Positions 24,684-38,562 are shown, numbered from the stretch's first letter. The stretch: 64,000 nt of DNA from Eledone cirrhosa (GCA_964016885.1 OZ024743.1:52204001-52268000), one strand, 5' to 3'. Notes: generated by a model from the sequence alone, not told the origin. Numbers and translations are program-made.

Positions 24684-24800
24684 TAGGAAAATGTTTAACC
24701 CCAACGGCAGAGCTCAAGCCGTTTCGACAGCTATTTCTGAACCAGAAATAGCCGTCGAAACGGCTTGAGCTCTGCCGTCGGGGTCTTGAACATTTTCCTA
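24684..24800. repeat. Near-perfect palindrome (~56-bp arms, 3-nt loop) containing the 3' half of a type I HHR
   Basis: Arms are reverse complements with ~3 substitutions and a 2-nt indel. The right arm reads GAAA-CGGC-ttgagctct-GCCG-TC. Confidence 0.88.
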
Positions 24801-24876
24801 TATATATATCTGAGAAAAATATTCTTTGTAACCCAGTACACCCTTGAAAAGAGTTTATTATCTCTCCCTCTCTCCC

Positions 24877-24907
<31 letters not shown>

Positions 24908-24909
24908 CA

Positions 24910-25200
24910 GGTCACCAGTTGGTGCTACTGGTAACATGTATCCCAGTACAACCTGTCTCATGGTCGGGTCGTTGGCGACTAAACTGGCAACCCCACAAAA
25001 GGTTTCTTGGTGAGGAGGGTGACTTTGGACATCCTGCAGGACTAAAAACAAAACCTGTCAAAGGGCAAAGGAGCTCTTAAGAGTCAATGGCCATCCAAAA
25101 ATCACCGGGAGAGATGACCCCTTAGCCTTTGTCAAGGCAGAATTCTAGGAGAAGGAAAACTCTGATATAACACCTGCAACCCTGATGGTATCCAATGATG
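24910..25200 (+). mobile_element. Probable RTE 5'-UTR-derived non-autonomous element
   Basis: CTAGGAGAAGGAAAACTCTGA motif, recalled from RTE 5' UTRs; follows a (TATG)n run. Confidence 0.4.
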
Positions 25201-25789
25201 TTGACTTGTTCTTCTTCTTTTTGGTAAATATCATCTTGGTTAAGAGAGTGGGACTGGCTTTGTGCAGTGCCTTTGCTCACTATAAAAGCTTCACGGCACA
25301 GGCATTGCTTTATATCTGGATATCTCTCTGCACTTGTCACATGGTACCATGGGCCCAGCACTATGTGTCAATAATTGTCACAAGTGTAGTGTTTGTACCA
25401 GAGTTTTCAAGTCGCTGGCTGGACTAAAAAGACACACTCGTTCAGCGCATCGGTAGGAGTTCTCCTACATGGATATAAAGTAGTGGCCGTACTCGAAAAC
25501 GAGTTGGCAGCCACCATGTATGTATGTATGTATGTATATGTGTGTGTGTGTGTGTTAATTAAACACTGACTAATAATTGTTTCTACTTTTGGCACAAGGC
25601 CAGCAATCACCCAGTGTATTACTGGTACTTTGTTTTATCGACCCCTTGGGATGAAAGGCAAAGTTAACTACCATATTGTTAATTAGCAATAGGCTGGAGG
25701 AACAGCTGTTGTTGATAGGAAATGATATGGGGGGTGCTTGTGTTTATATACATATGTATAAGCAGATGTGCCAGTGTGTGAGAGTGTGT

Positions 25790-27232
25790 CTGTCTGTCAG
25801 TGTGTCTGTCTGTGAGAGTGTGACTGTGTGTCTGTCTGTGAGAGTGTGACTGTGTGTCTGTCTGTGAGAGTGTGACTGTGTGTCTGTCTGTGAGAGTGTG
25901 ACTGTGTGTCTGTCAGTGTGTCTGTCAGTGTGTCCGTCAGTGTGTCCGTCAGTGTGTCCGTCAGTGTGTCCGTCAGTGTGTCCGTCAGTGTGTCCGTCAG
26001 TGTGTCCGTCAGTGTGTCCGTCAGTGTGTCCGTCAGTGTGTCCGTCAGTGTGTCCGTCAGTGTGTCCGTCAGTGTGTCCGTCAGTGTGTCCGTCAGTGTG
26101 TCCGTCAGTGTGTCCGTCAGTGTGCCCGTCAGTGTGCCCGTCAGTGTGCCCGTCAGTGTGCCCGTCAGTGTGTCCGTCAGTGTGTCCGTCAGTGTGTCCG
26201 TCAGTGTGTCCGTCAGTGTGTCCGTCAGTGTGTCCGTCAGTGTGTCCGTCAGTGTGTCCGTCAGTGTGTCCGTCAGTGTGTCCGTCAGTGTGTCCGTCAG
26301 TGTGTCCGTCAGTGTGTCCGTCAGTGTGTCCGTCAGTGTGTCCGTCAGTGTGTCCGTCAGTGTGTCCGTCAGTGTGTCCGTCAGTGTGTCTGTCAGTGTG
26401 TCTGTCAGTGTGTCTGTCAGTGTGTCTGTCAGTGTGTCCGTCAGTGTGTCCGTCAGTGTGTCCGTCAGTGTGTCCGTCAGTGTGTCTGTCAGTGTGTCCG
26501 TCAGTGTGTCCGTCAGTGTGTCCGTCAGTGTGTCCGTCAGTGTGTCCGTCAGTGTGTCCGTCAGTGTGTCCGTCAGTGTGTCCGTCAGTGTGTCCGTCAG
26601 TGTGTCCGTCAGTGTGTCCGTCAGTGTGTCCGTCAGTGTGTCCGTCAGTGTGTCTGTCAGTGTGTCTGTCAGTGTGTCTGTCAGTGTGTCTGTCAGTGTG
26701 TCTGTCAGTGTGTCTGTCAGTGTGTCTGTCAGTGTGTCCGTCAGTCTGTCAGTGTGTCTGTCAGTATGTCTGTCAGTGTGTCTGTCAGTGTGTCTGTCAG
26801 TGTGTCCGTCAGTCTGTCAGTGTGTCTGTCAGTGTGTCTGTCAGTGTGTCTGTCAGTGTGTCTGTCAGTGTGTCTGTCAGTGTGTCTGTCAGTGTGTCTG
26901 TCAGTGTGTCTGTCAGTGTGTCCGTCAGTGTGTCCGTCAGTGTGTCTGTCAGTGTGTCTGTCAGTGTGTCTGTCAGTGTGTCCGTCAGTGTGTCTGTCAG
27001 TGTGTCTGTCAGTGTGTCCGTCAGTGTGTCAGTGTGTATGTCAGTGCGTCTGTCAGTGCGTCTGTCAGTGTGTCTGTCAGTGTGTCCGTCAGTGTGTCAG
27101 TGTGTCTGTCAGTGTGTCTGTCAGTGTGTCTGTCAGTGTGTCTGTCAGTGTGTCAGTGTGTCCGTCAGTGTGTCAGTGTGTCCGTCAGTGTGTCAGTGTG
27201 TCCGTCAGTGTGTCAGTGTGTCTGTCAGTGTA
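25790..27232. repeat. 12-bp satellite (TCAGTGTGTCYG)n, >100 copies
   Basis: Direct periodicity. Confidence 0.97.
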
Positions 27233-27450
27233 TATGTGGCAGTGTGGGTCTCTGGGATCATACCTACAAAACTTTGAGGTGAAGGTGAATGAAGGAAGAC
27301 AAAGCAGCCCCCCCCCCCCTTCAGCTAAGGCTAGAGTTATCTTTGAAGGGTCACATGAAATGGGATCTATGGTGTCTTGTTTGAAGCAATGCTTTACAAT
27401 CAAATGCCCTTCCTGGCACCCACCATCCCTTTTAGTTGGTTTTTATGACA

Positions 27451-28102
27451 TCTATATATATATAAAGTTCTATTCCTGTCTGTTTGTTTGTTCACAAACT
27501 CCTCCTATGGTTTTGGAGATAGATCCCCATAACCATATATATTCTGAAACTACATTGCCCAGGGTACTTGGATACGTATATTACATTTTAATCAAAGGGT
27601 GCCCCGGGGGCACAAAAGCCCCGCTGAAAACCCCTGATGAAAATGTTTTCCCTTTGATTTCTATGAAATTTAAACCATAGGTAAATAACAAGATATGATG
27701 CCTATTCACAAAAGTTTTGATTTTGAAAAAAATTATTTACAAGAAACAAAATAAGATTTAATAATGTAATTTTGATTTGATATATTACAAAAAATATTGT
27801 TTCTACATTTGGCACAAGGCCAGCAATTATGCAGTGCATTACTGGTACTTTATTTTATCGACCCCGTAAGGATGAAAGGCAAAGTTAACCTCGGCGGGAT
27901 TTGAACTCAGACCGTAAAGAGACGTAACTCTAGGCTGGAAAGCATGGTGTCTGACCCTCTACCGTTCCAATTTTGTATGCATTACATTTTACATTGAGTA
28001 ATATTGAAATGCAGAGTTTTTCTCCATATCACTGATTTAAAATCAATCATTTTCTTACAAAAATATGTGTGAAATGCAGCAAGGTGCAGGTAATTTGGCT
28101 AG
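27451..28102 (+). mobile_element. Non-autonomous Helitron-like element with a nested family-A SINE (~27795-27965)
   Basis: Starts A|TCTATATATATATAAAG..GTCTGTTTGTTTG; ends with a short TGCA..TGCA hairpin then CTAG|T (A/T target, no TSD). Confidence 0.6.
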
Positions 28103-28149
28103 TATAGGGATACAGTGATACAATGGTAGACCTATTGTAAACTGAGAGA

Positions 28150-28680
28150 TAGAATGACAGTGAGGGAGGTGAGGAGAGAGGGAGAGTGAGGGGGGTGAGG
28201 AGAGAGGGAGAATGAGAGAAGGAGAGTGAGGGAGGTGAGGGAGGTGAGGAGAGAGGGAGAGTGAGAGAATGACTGTGAGGAAGGTGAGGAGAAAGGGAGA
28301 GTGAGGGAGGTGAGAGGGAGAGTGAGAGAATGAGAGTGAGGGATGTGAGGAGGGGGAGAGTGAGGAGACAAGAGTGAGGGAGGTGAGAGGGAGAGTGAGA
28401 GAATGAGAGTGAGGGATGTGAGGAGGGGGAGAGTGAGGAGACAAGAGTGAGGGAGGTGAGAGGGAGAGTGAGAGAATGAGTGAGGAGAGAGGGAGAGTGA
28501 AGAGAGAGGGAGGGTGAGGGAGGTGAGGAGAGGGGGCGAGTGAGAGAGAGTGAGAGAGAGGGCGAGTGAGGAAGGTGAGGAGAGAAGAAGAGAGAGAGGG
28601 AGAGTGAGGAAGATGAGGAGAGAGAGAGAGAGGGAGAGTGAGGAAGATGAGGCGAGTGAGAGAGAGGGAGAGTGAGAGAA
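28150..28680. repeat. Purine-rich (GA/GGA/GTGA) degenerate tandem repeat, followed by (TG)n to ~28985
   Basis: Low-complexity sequence with internal duplication. Confidence 0.9.
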
Positions 28681-28881
28681 TGTGCATATGTATGTGTGTA
28701 TGACAGTATTTCTGTATGTGTGTTTGTGTGTGTAGTGGTAGAGGGACTGAGTCTATCATCATATTAACATCTATTTTCCATGCTTGCATGCATGTGTGTG
28801 TATATGTATGTATGTATGTATGTGTATATGTGTGAGTATATATGTGTGTGTGTGTATGTGTGTATATGTGTGTATATGTGT

Positions 28882-28965
<84 letters not shown>

Positions 28966-29442
28966 ATGTATGTATGTGTGTGTGATTCAAACAATGGAGC
29001 TAATTGACCAGTCAACCATCTGTGAAAGATGGGTGAAACCAGTGCAGACGTAAAGATGCACTTATGAACATATACCGTAGCTTGTATTGTTGTTGCAGCA
29101 GTTAATGTGCAGATCTGAACATGTTCTTATTGTTGCACTGAATCAACAATTCTAAATATGTTCACAACTTTCAATATTTCAACTTTAAGACACACAAAAC
29201 AAACAAGTGCTCCACTATGGCCATAGTCTCATGACTAGAACCAGTTACAGAATACAGGAATGTAGCTCCTGCACCGACACTACCTCACATGTACACTACC
29301 ACAAACATACACTACCACACACATACACTCACACTACCTCACACATACACTACCACACATGTACACACTACCACACACGTACTCACACTACCACACAAAA
29401 AAAGATGTGATGGTCATGACTGAATACTGTTAATTATAGATT

Positions 29443-30340
29443 TGTTGGATCAGTGCTGATCTGAGCTTAACACCTCTAGTTCTTCATCATTGTTGGATCA
29501 GTGCTGATCTGGGCTTAACACCTCTAGTTCTTCATCATTGTTGGATCAGTGCTGATCTGAGCTTAACATCTCTAGTTCTTCATCATTGTTGGATCAGTGC
29601 TGATCTGACCTTAACACCTCTAGTTTTGGATCAGTGCTGATCTAGGCTTAACACCTCTAGTTCTTCATTTTTGGATCAGTGCTGATCTGAGCTTAACACT
29701 TCTAGTTCTTCATTTTGGGATCAGTGCTGATCTAGGCTTAACACCTCTAGTTCTTCATCATTGTTGGATCAGTGCTGATCTGGGCTTAACACCTCTAGTT
29801 CTTCATCATTGTTGGATCAGTGCTGATCTGAGCTTAACACCTCTAGTTCTTCATCATTGTTGGATCAGTGCTGACCTGAGCTTAACACCTCTAGTTCTTC
29901 ATTTTTGGATCAGTGCTGATCTGGGCTTAACACCTCTAGTTCTTCATCATTGTTGGATCAGTGCTGATCTGGGCTTAACACCTCTAGTTCTTCATCATTG
30001 TTGGATCAGTGCTAATCTAGGCTTAACACCTCTAGTTCTTCAGCATTGTTGGATCAGTGCTGATCTGGGCTTAACACCTTTAGTTCTTCATCATTGTTGG
30101 ATCAGTGCTGATCTAGGCTTAACACCTCTAGTTCTTCATCATTGTTGGATCAGTGCTGATCTGAGCTTAACACCTCTAGTTCTTCATCATTGTTGGATCA
30201 GTGCTGATCTGAGCTTAACACCTCTAGTTCTTCATCATTGTTGGATCAGTGCTGATCTGGGCTTAACACTTCTAGTTCTTCAGCATTGTTGGATCAGTGC
30301 TGATCTGGGCTTAACACCTCTAGTTCTTCAGCATTGTTCA
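29443..30340. repeat. ~48-bp minisatellite (TTGTTGGATCAGTGCTGATCTGRGCTTAACACCTCTAGTTCTTCATCA), ~19 copies
   Basis: Period 29491 to 29539, with some shorter variant units. Confidence 0.95.
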
Positions 30341-31555
30341 TATATGGACCATCTCAATAGTCTACATCAGTCCAATTAGAAATAGTAGCCAAATTACCCT
30401 CATGCTACATCAGACATTTAAAAAATGGTGACCACTGGGACTCTGGTGTCCTCAGTCCCCATAATGTCATTTTCTTCTACCAAATTGGAATGAGTGCATC
30501 ACACCTGAAGTAGGGGCCTTGTGAGGTGGAATTGCTGATGTAATAGAAATTACTGTCCTTCACAGCCATGCTTATACCCTCATCTCCACCATGGGGTACA
30601 ACTGAGATATAACATTCAGCTAAAGATGGAGAGCTTGTAAATATATATAATAATACCTTTATTAGCTTTGTTATATAGAAACTATGTAATATGACAGCTG
30701 CAACTCGATAATGTCTGTCCTCCCCATTGATGGCTGTAACTGTCTGGTTCGGTATGCTGAGTTTAGGAGGGTGGGTGGGCTGCATCTGGTTTGCCGAATT
30801 TGGAAGGTGACTGCGGTTTGGTTTGGCAGGAGTCACAAGTGCATATAACAACCCCCTAAACTAAACACCTGAGTGTTTGAAAACTTGTAGCGAATAGGAT
30901 CATGTCCATGTAACTGTTAAGATATATTCTTCGGAGGATGAATGATAAAAAGAATGATGAAGAATTGTGATGTTGTTGACAACGTTTATTTTGTAATAGT
31001 AAAATTCATTCGATAGTACATGGAATATTGAGTAATAAAAACGTGACACTATCACTACATTAGTTGTTTTACTAGCTACTTCGAGCTAGCGTAAATGTAC
31101 TCCAAGAATGTGCATGTGATGTTAAGTCAATACTGTTAGTAAATGTATCAAAGGAAATACAGTAGAAGTTTTGTTGTGCTTTACAGTAGAAGAGAATGAC
31201 AAGAAGTCAAAAGGATAGACAAAGTGTAGAAAGGACAATAGAAGGAAACCTACTGTGTGTGTTAATCCCTAACATACGTGATTTCTGTAGTAGCAGTCAG
31301 CCCATCTCTCTAATTCACTGTCTGTCTGTCGAGCGATTAAGAAATGTGAGAGAGTAGTAGCTAGCTAACTGTATTCATGAAGAGAATCCATAGTGTTAGT
31401 AGACCGGTTCTTCTGTCGTTTGTGTCAGCCACTCTCTAATTCGGTTCTTGAAGTGCTTGTATTTATAAGAATACTATAGCTAGAACATGCATCTGGTTTT
31501 TGAGACAATAGCCAGGGTATCTGCCTATCGTCTGTCAAGTGTCTGGGGTCACAGG

Positions 31556-31612
<57 letters not shown>

Positions 31613-31753
31613 AACACACACTGCCCAGTCAAAATTGTAGAGTTTTCCTCCTCTCCAATTCTCTCTCCCTATTTTGTTGTCATTATGACCCCCTGCGCCC
31701 TTGCCCCTGCATTTAGAAATGAAAGCAAAATAAAGAGGAAGTACTTTCATCTG

Positions 31754-31768
31754 GTTGCTATTAGCAAC
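31754..31768. promoter_or_regulatory. Candidate RFX X-box, GTTGCT-ATT-AGCAAC
   Basis: Perfect inverted half-sites in a unique-sequence island upstream of TTLL5 (minus strand). Confidence 0.5.
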
Positions 31769-31977
31769 ATAGCAGGACTGTTTACTGTGTGTGCAGGAAC
31801 CAGGTCATACAATGATGTTTTAGAAGGTGGAATGTAGGGAGCAGGGAAAACTCAAGGAAAGGATGAGAGCCAGCTATCTGAGTGGAATTGGTTGATTATG
31901 GAGATTGTTGACATCGCCCTTAGTATATATTTGTATTATATGTATCTCGTACACTGCCTTATCTATATATCTACACT

Positions 31978-32036
<59 letters not shown>

Positions 32037-32054
32037 GCACACATATATATATAT

Positions 32055-32055
<1 letters not shown>

Positions 32056-32085
<30 letters not shown>

Positions 32086-33305
32086 CCGTTTTATGGGTTA
32101 GACGGGTTGTCCTGTTGTGGGCAGTATCTGGTCGGCTGACCTTGTCTTGCTCATACAGGAACTGATTCTGGCTTGATTTCTACAGCTCGATGCCCTTCTT
32201 AATACCAACCTCATTTACAGTGAGTGCTGGGTGCTTTTTTCCGTGGCACCTACATGACCACTTTACAGTGTGGGCTGGGTGTTTTTTACCCGTGGCACCT
32301 ATACGTCCCCTTTACAGTGTGGGCTTAGTGCTTTTTTGCCATGGCACCTCCACGACCACTTTGCAGTGGGAGGCTGTGGGGGCATATTGTCTATATGCTT
32401 CAGCTTTGGCTTGTACCCGTGGGGGGGTCGGGTCTTCTGTATTACTGCGTGGCGCCAGAGGTGACGGCCATGTGTCATCACCTTTGAGAGGTGTAATTGG
32501 GTAAGATCGGCTTTTATCACCTCATCCCAGGTCTTCTTGGGTCTCCCCACTCCGCGGTTTCCATCGACTTCTACTGCTCTGCACCTTTTTATGCAGCTAT
32601 CATCCTTCATATGCATCACATGTCCATACCAACGCAACTGCCTCTCCTGCACACAGCATTTGATTCCTCTTATGCTCAGTCTCTCTCTCAATTCATTTAT
32701 GCTTTGCCGTTTGCGTATATTACTATTACACATCCATCGGAGCATGCAGGCTTCATTTCTTTCTAATCTACGCAAGTCTTCCACAGACAGCGCCCAGGTC
32801 TCACTACCATGTAACATTGCTGTTCGTATACACGTATCATACAGTCTGCCTTTCATTTTGAGGGAAAAGCCTTATGCAGCTAGCAGTGGCAGTAGCTCCC
32901 TGAACTTCTTCCATCCCGTTCTTACCCTAGTTATTGTACTTTCTGAACACCCACCTCCACTGCTAATTCGGTCACCTAGGTAGCAGAAGCTGTCTACTGT
33001 TTCTACAGAGCCCTCCCAGAGTTTAGTGGTACTTGTTTCCTGTGGCTGTTTGCTGCTTGCTGTCCCAGCACAGCTGCTACATGTGAAGTCTACATTCTTA
33101 ATTAAGCTTCCTGAGATCCTGCTTCATCTCTTGTGTACCCATTGTTTGCATTTGGGGCAGAGAATGGAGTTCTTACCTACACCTTTCCTACATACTCAGC
33201 AAGGCCATTTCCCTGAGGGGATCTGGGTTCTGTTTTCTCGTCTACTTACAAGGACCTTAGTCTTTGTCAGGTTGACTTTGAGACCCTTTTTAGTCCCTGC
33301 TTCCA
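32056..33305 (-). mobile_element. RTE LINE family 3, 5'-truncated, with long 3' UTR
   Basis: ORF 32299-32856 (MLHGSETW..QLRWYGHV..GRPKKTW), Cys-rich finger remnant near 33100-33210, (CAT)n tail. Confidence 0.9.
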
Positions 33306-33799
33306 AGTTTGGAATTTATTGTCTCTCTCTCTATATATATATATATAATTAAGGCCATCGTCCGGGGGAATACTTTTGCCGTCTTGTCAGTGGGGTGCAA
33401 CACTCTTGTCTTAGGCCCAAAGCCCAATCCCCCTCCCCTGCTCCCCTCTCTTCAGCGACACCAGAGTTCTTGCTATTCCCCCCTTCCCCGTTCTTTTTCT
33501 TCTTTCTTTCTCTCATTTTTTTTCTATATTTCCCTATTCTTTCTTTCCTTTTGTTTCCCTCCTTTTTTTTTTATTGTTTCTATATTGAAAATAAACTACC
33601 CTACTGTTATCAAAGTGTTACCTCTAACATTGCTGTATACATAAGTATGCGTATTTTGTATATCTAGAGATATATGGTATATTTACGAATAAATATTTTG
33701 AAAGCCTTTAGCTATAAATTTGGAAACTGATGACATAGCACCATCTAGCAGATTCTAGTAGAATCAAAGGGTGGATAACTGACGATGATGACGTCATCA

Positions 33800-34200
33800 T
33801 TTCTGGTTACTCTGATCTCTACGAGGATTCAATATAGGTAAAAACATAGTTTTGACACCTGTAATTACAGCATTATTTGAAACAATGGGAGTGGTGGAGG
33901 CATAACAGCTATCTATGTCTAATTGTATGAATTTAAGCTTATCCTTATATTCTGCAATTTTAAACCAATTTATTACCTCATCTCTTACCCCAAACATTAA
34001 TACTAATTTTATCCTTTAAACTTGGTATAATCCTATCTAGTAATGTTTTGCTAATCCTGCCTATATCAGAAGGAGAAGGGCTGATCTGTCTAATTGATGG
34101 GTTTTTTTTAGGAAATTATATTTATGATCCTTAAGATTGAATCTAGGTGCCATAGGTTTGTAAGGGTCAGTGTATTTCTCAATATATAAATCATACCATA
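33800..34200 (-). mobile_element. PLE reverse-transcriptase fragment of a second lineage (Naiad-like)
   Basis: LKDHKYNF..PSIRQISPSPSDIGRISKTLLDRI and VINWFK..KDKLKFIQLDIDSCYAS, with frameshifts. Clade assignment is from recalled motifs. Confidence 0.7.
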
Positions 34201-34354
34201 AACAATGTTGTTAATTGTTTCTGTGCCACAGCTAGAACAAAAGGATGACAATGGTCATTTAAAAACATAGCATAAAGAGGCTGTTTGCTTGTAAACGAAT
34301 CGAATATTATTATTAATATTCGATATAAAACTATACGATATATGCGTATAGATA

Positions 34355-34399
<45 letters not shown>

Positions 34400-34403
<4 letters not shown>

Positions 34404-34519
34404 TAGAATTGGTGCTCTGAAATAACGATATATATATGAATGTATATATAGTGTATTTTGCAATACACTATATATACATTCATATATATATCGCTATTTC
34501 AGAGCACCAATTCTAATTT
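34400..34519. repeat. Near-perfect palindrome, ~58-bp arms, TTGC loop
   Basis: Arms are reverse complements with one mismatch. Confidence 0.92.
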
Positions 34520-34789
34520 TCAATTTCTGCTTGACCGGCAACCGCTCTGTATAATCAGTTCCTGATTATTACTAGAATTCTATAAGAATCAAACATTCAT
34601 GATTTTCAGCAAACAGGAGTAGTTAGCTTTGATAAGCACCAAAAAGTGTGAAACAGAGCTATGTCATCTTTATCTCCCCTCTTTGCTGAAAATTAAAGTA
34701 AGTGAGACTGTCACTACTCTAAAACAATAGCGTAAGGTCTTCGAAATGCTTTTAATTAAGCATACAGTGTATTGCAAAATACACTATAT

Positions 34790-35439
<650 letters not shown>

Positions 35440-35441
<2 letters not shown>

Positions 35442-35745
35442 CATCATCATCATCATCATCGTTTAACGTCTATCTTTCACGCTAGCATGGGTTTAGACGG
35501 GAATTGTCCCACTTGAGGCAAGATTGGTCGGGTGAACGTGTCTCACTCGTATAGGACTATCTGGCAGGTTTTCTACGACTGGATGCCCTTCCTAACACCA
35601 ACCACATTTACAGTGTGGACTGGGAGGTTTTTACCGTGTTACCTAACCAGCCACATTACAGTGTGGACTGTGTGTTTTTTTTGTTGTGACACCTACACAA
35701 CCTCTTATTTTGGACTGGCTGTTGTGGTACCAACATAACTTTAGA
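35440..35745 (-). mobile_element. RTE family 2 3'-UTR-only copy (another at ~36512-36750)
   Basis: Reverse complement of 46825-47130 and 55200-55510. Confidence 0.8.
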
Positions 35746-36754
35746 TATATATATATATACACATGCATACCTATGTATATAAGTAACACTAGTATATTCT
35801 GTTTATAAACAATGTCTACAGCCTATCAAACATATGATTATATTATCAAACAGTGCTCCTGTTTCCTCATAACAAACTTCCTCTCATCCTGTTTACCAAA
35901 ACATTGTCGCCATCAATACAAACATATTTACACGACTCCACATGGTATCTCAAGTACTATAGACCAGAATTACATTCAACTCTACCGATACTCAACTGTG
36001 TCTATACAACTAGTTCTTTAATTTGTTTCCTGCTATGTCTGAATAACAACAACAACAGTAATCATTATTATTATTACCATCACTATCATAACAACTACAA
36101 CAATGATCCAATCAGCAAAATGAAAAAGAATTGTGTGTGTGTGTGTGTGTGTGTGCGTGTGCGTGCATGCATGCAATATGTGCATTCATTTGTTATGGTT
36201 CAGTAAGTAGCTGGGAGTACAAATATACTTTCTTTTCTTTATTCGTATGTGGTCTGTGTTTGTAGCAATAGTGATTTATCTCCTTCTCTGAGTACAGAAG
36301 GTCATGTGATAACATAACAACAATAGCAACAATAATGATGATAATTCCATTAACGAGGTGAAGAATGTTACCAAAAAGATGTCACAACAGGCCTTGACTA
36401 TTGGAGTTAACTAGACAAGCTCAAACTCTCCGATGCCGCCACGGGCACTACATTAACTGCATCATGTAGAAAATATTCCATCAGCATATATATATATATA
36501 TATATATATATCATCATCATCGTTTAACATCTATCTTCCACGCTAGCATCGGTTAGATGGGAGTTGTCCCACTTGAGGCAAGATTGATCAGGTGACCGTG
36601 TCTCGCTCGTATAGGACTATCCTACACAGCCACATTACAGCGTGGACTGTGTGTTTTGTTTGTCGTGACACCTACATGATCTCATTAGTTTGGACTGGAT
36701 GTTGTGGTGCCAACATAACTTTATAGAGAAAGGGTGGTGTTGGCGTGGGGTAGT

Positions 36755-36789
<35 letters not shown>

Positions 36790-36829
36790 AGCAAATGTGT
36801 ATATATATATTCTTTGCCCACTTATTCCT

Positions 36830-37215
36830 GGGAGAGTTGTGGAGGCAGAGTCCTCAAACACTCTCTCCAGTGGGTCCTGTCAGAAGCAACCAAATCCAAT
36901 TGATCCAGCTGGATCCCCAAATGAGACCACCCGAACTCAGGGATGTTATTGAGCCATCTTGCTCGAGATCTACCTCTGGGTCTCCTGCCGGTTAGTTTTG
37001 CCTATAAAATCTGTCCAGCAATTCTTTCCTGAGATATTCTAACCATATGCCTGTAGTATCAAAGTTGTGATCTCTCAATTTGGAGAAGTATTGGCCCCAA
37101 TATACTTGAACTTTTCTACCTGCTTCAGTGGAAATCTATTCACATGTAGAGTGCACTGCACAGACCTCCTTCAGAGGACATGTGTCTCAACCATCACAGC
37201 CCTGATTTTCATTCG
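36830..37215 (-). mobile_element. Old RTE (Expander-like) fragment with an internal deletion
   Basis: LKQVEKFKYIG joined to ERSQL*YYRHMVR..GRRPRGRSRARW..WSHLGIQ. Confidence 0.7.
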
Positions 37216-37504
37216 ACCCATGCAGCACTTAGCAAAGAACCTATTAAGTACATGTCAGAAATCACCTCCTGACCAGGAAGAAGAGAAGAAGAAGAAATAA
37301 AATTATGATGGAAGGTTTTTAGGTGAAGAATAATAACGTTTTAACATTTTGTTTCAGGTGCTGGTCCTTCATTGGAAAGGAAAACATGGAAAGAGGAAAG
37401 GTTTTTTTTAAGGATAGAAGAGGGAAAAACCCAAACAAGACTGGGTAGTATTGAGATGGCTAATGGTGCTATAATTGGATTTCATTAGTAGACAGCTTTG
37501 TTTT

Positions 37505-37900
37505 GGTGCTACCACTACTACCACCATCAATACCACCACCATCAACCATCTCATATACTTTCACTATCACCATCATGGTGAAAACCACCAGCCCCCCCCC
37601 CCCCCCACTACCACTTCTACAACCACAAACTACCACTACCTTCTATTATAGCCACAAACTACTACCACTACTACTACCACCACCAACAGTACCACTACTA
37701 CTACCACTTCTACAGCTACAAACTACTATTACTACTAGTACTACTACTACTACTACTACCACCACCACCAACAGTACCACTACTACTACCACTTCTACAA
37801 ACTACTATTACTACTAGTACTACTACCACCACCAACAGTACCACTACTACTACCACTTCTACAGCTACAAACTACTATTACTACTAGTACTACTACTATG
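37505..37900. repeat. (CTA/CCA)n low-complexity repeat
   Basis: Read directly. Confidence 0.9.
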
Positions 37901-38184
37901 AAATAATTCCAGAAATAATACCTGCAACTAAAATGGTTGCTATAGCAATATGATTAAAAACTAAACTAAATATAATTAAAACAAAAATAATTAAAAATAT
38001 ACAAATAAATAAACAGGCAAAAAACAGAGAAAATAGAAAACTATTTCTATCTTTAAACTTCTCATTTTGTTAAATATACACACATACACATCTGTACACA
38101 CACGCATACACATATGCAAACATACGTATATAGTCACACACATACATTTACATATATATATGCAAACATAAGAACATATTTACT

Positions 38185-38216
<32 letters not shown>

Positions 38217-38562
38217 TGCAAACATAAGAACATATTTACTCTCACACACACACACACATAAGAACATATTTACTCACACACATATATATATATATACATA
38301 CACACTTCCATAATCATCAACAATTTCTGTCTGCTTTCTATGCTGATATACGTTGGTCAGGTTGTCATGCCCTGACACATGATGGGTCAAAGCAACTTCA
38401 TCTAACTCATACATTCCATATTTGGTATGGTTTCTATGGATGGATGTCCTTTCTAACATCTCCAAATGGCTGACTAAATACACATACTTTTTCTCAAAAA
38501 ATATTTTGCTCATTCCTTCTTAATCTCCATTTTTAAAAAAATATCTTTTACTTCTCATTCTA

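Noticed and set aside
27634-27670. CTGATGA...GAAA as a hammerhead
   Set aside because: No convincing stems I-III.
25880-27680. Long ORFs (465, 458, 308 aa)
   Set aside because: Translations of a stop-free 12-bp satellite.
30477-30851. 124-aa minus-strand ORF in unique sequence
   Set aside because: Non-ATG start and no recognisable domain; cannot be supported without homology or RNA data.
33726-33800. CTGATGA and CTGACGA-TGATGACGTCATCA as hammerhead cores
   Set aside because: No GAAA box follows; at best a truncated remnant.
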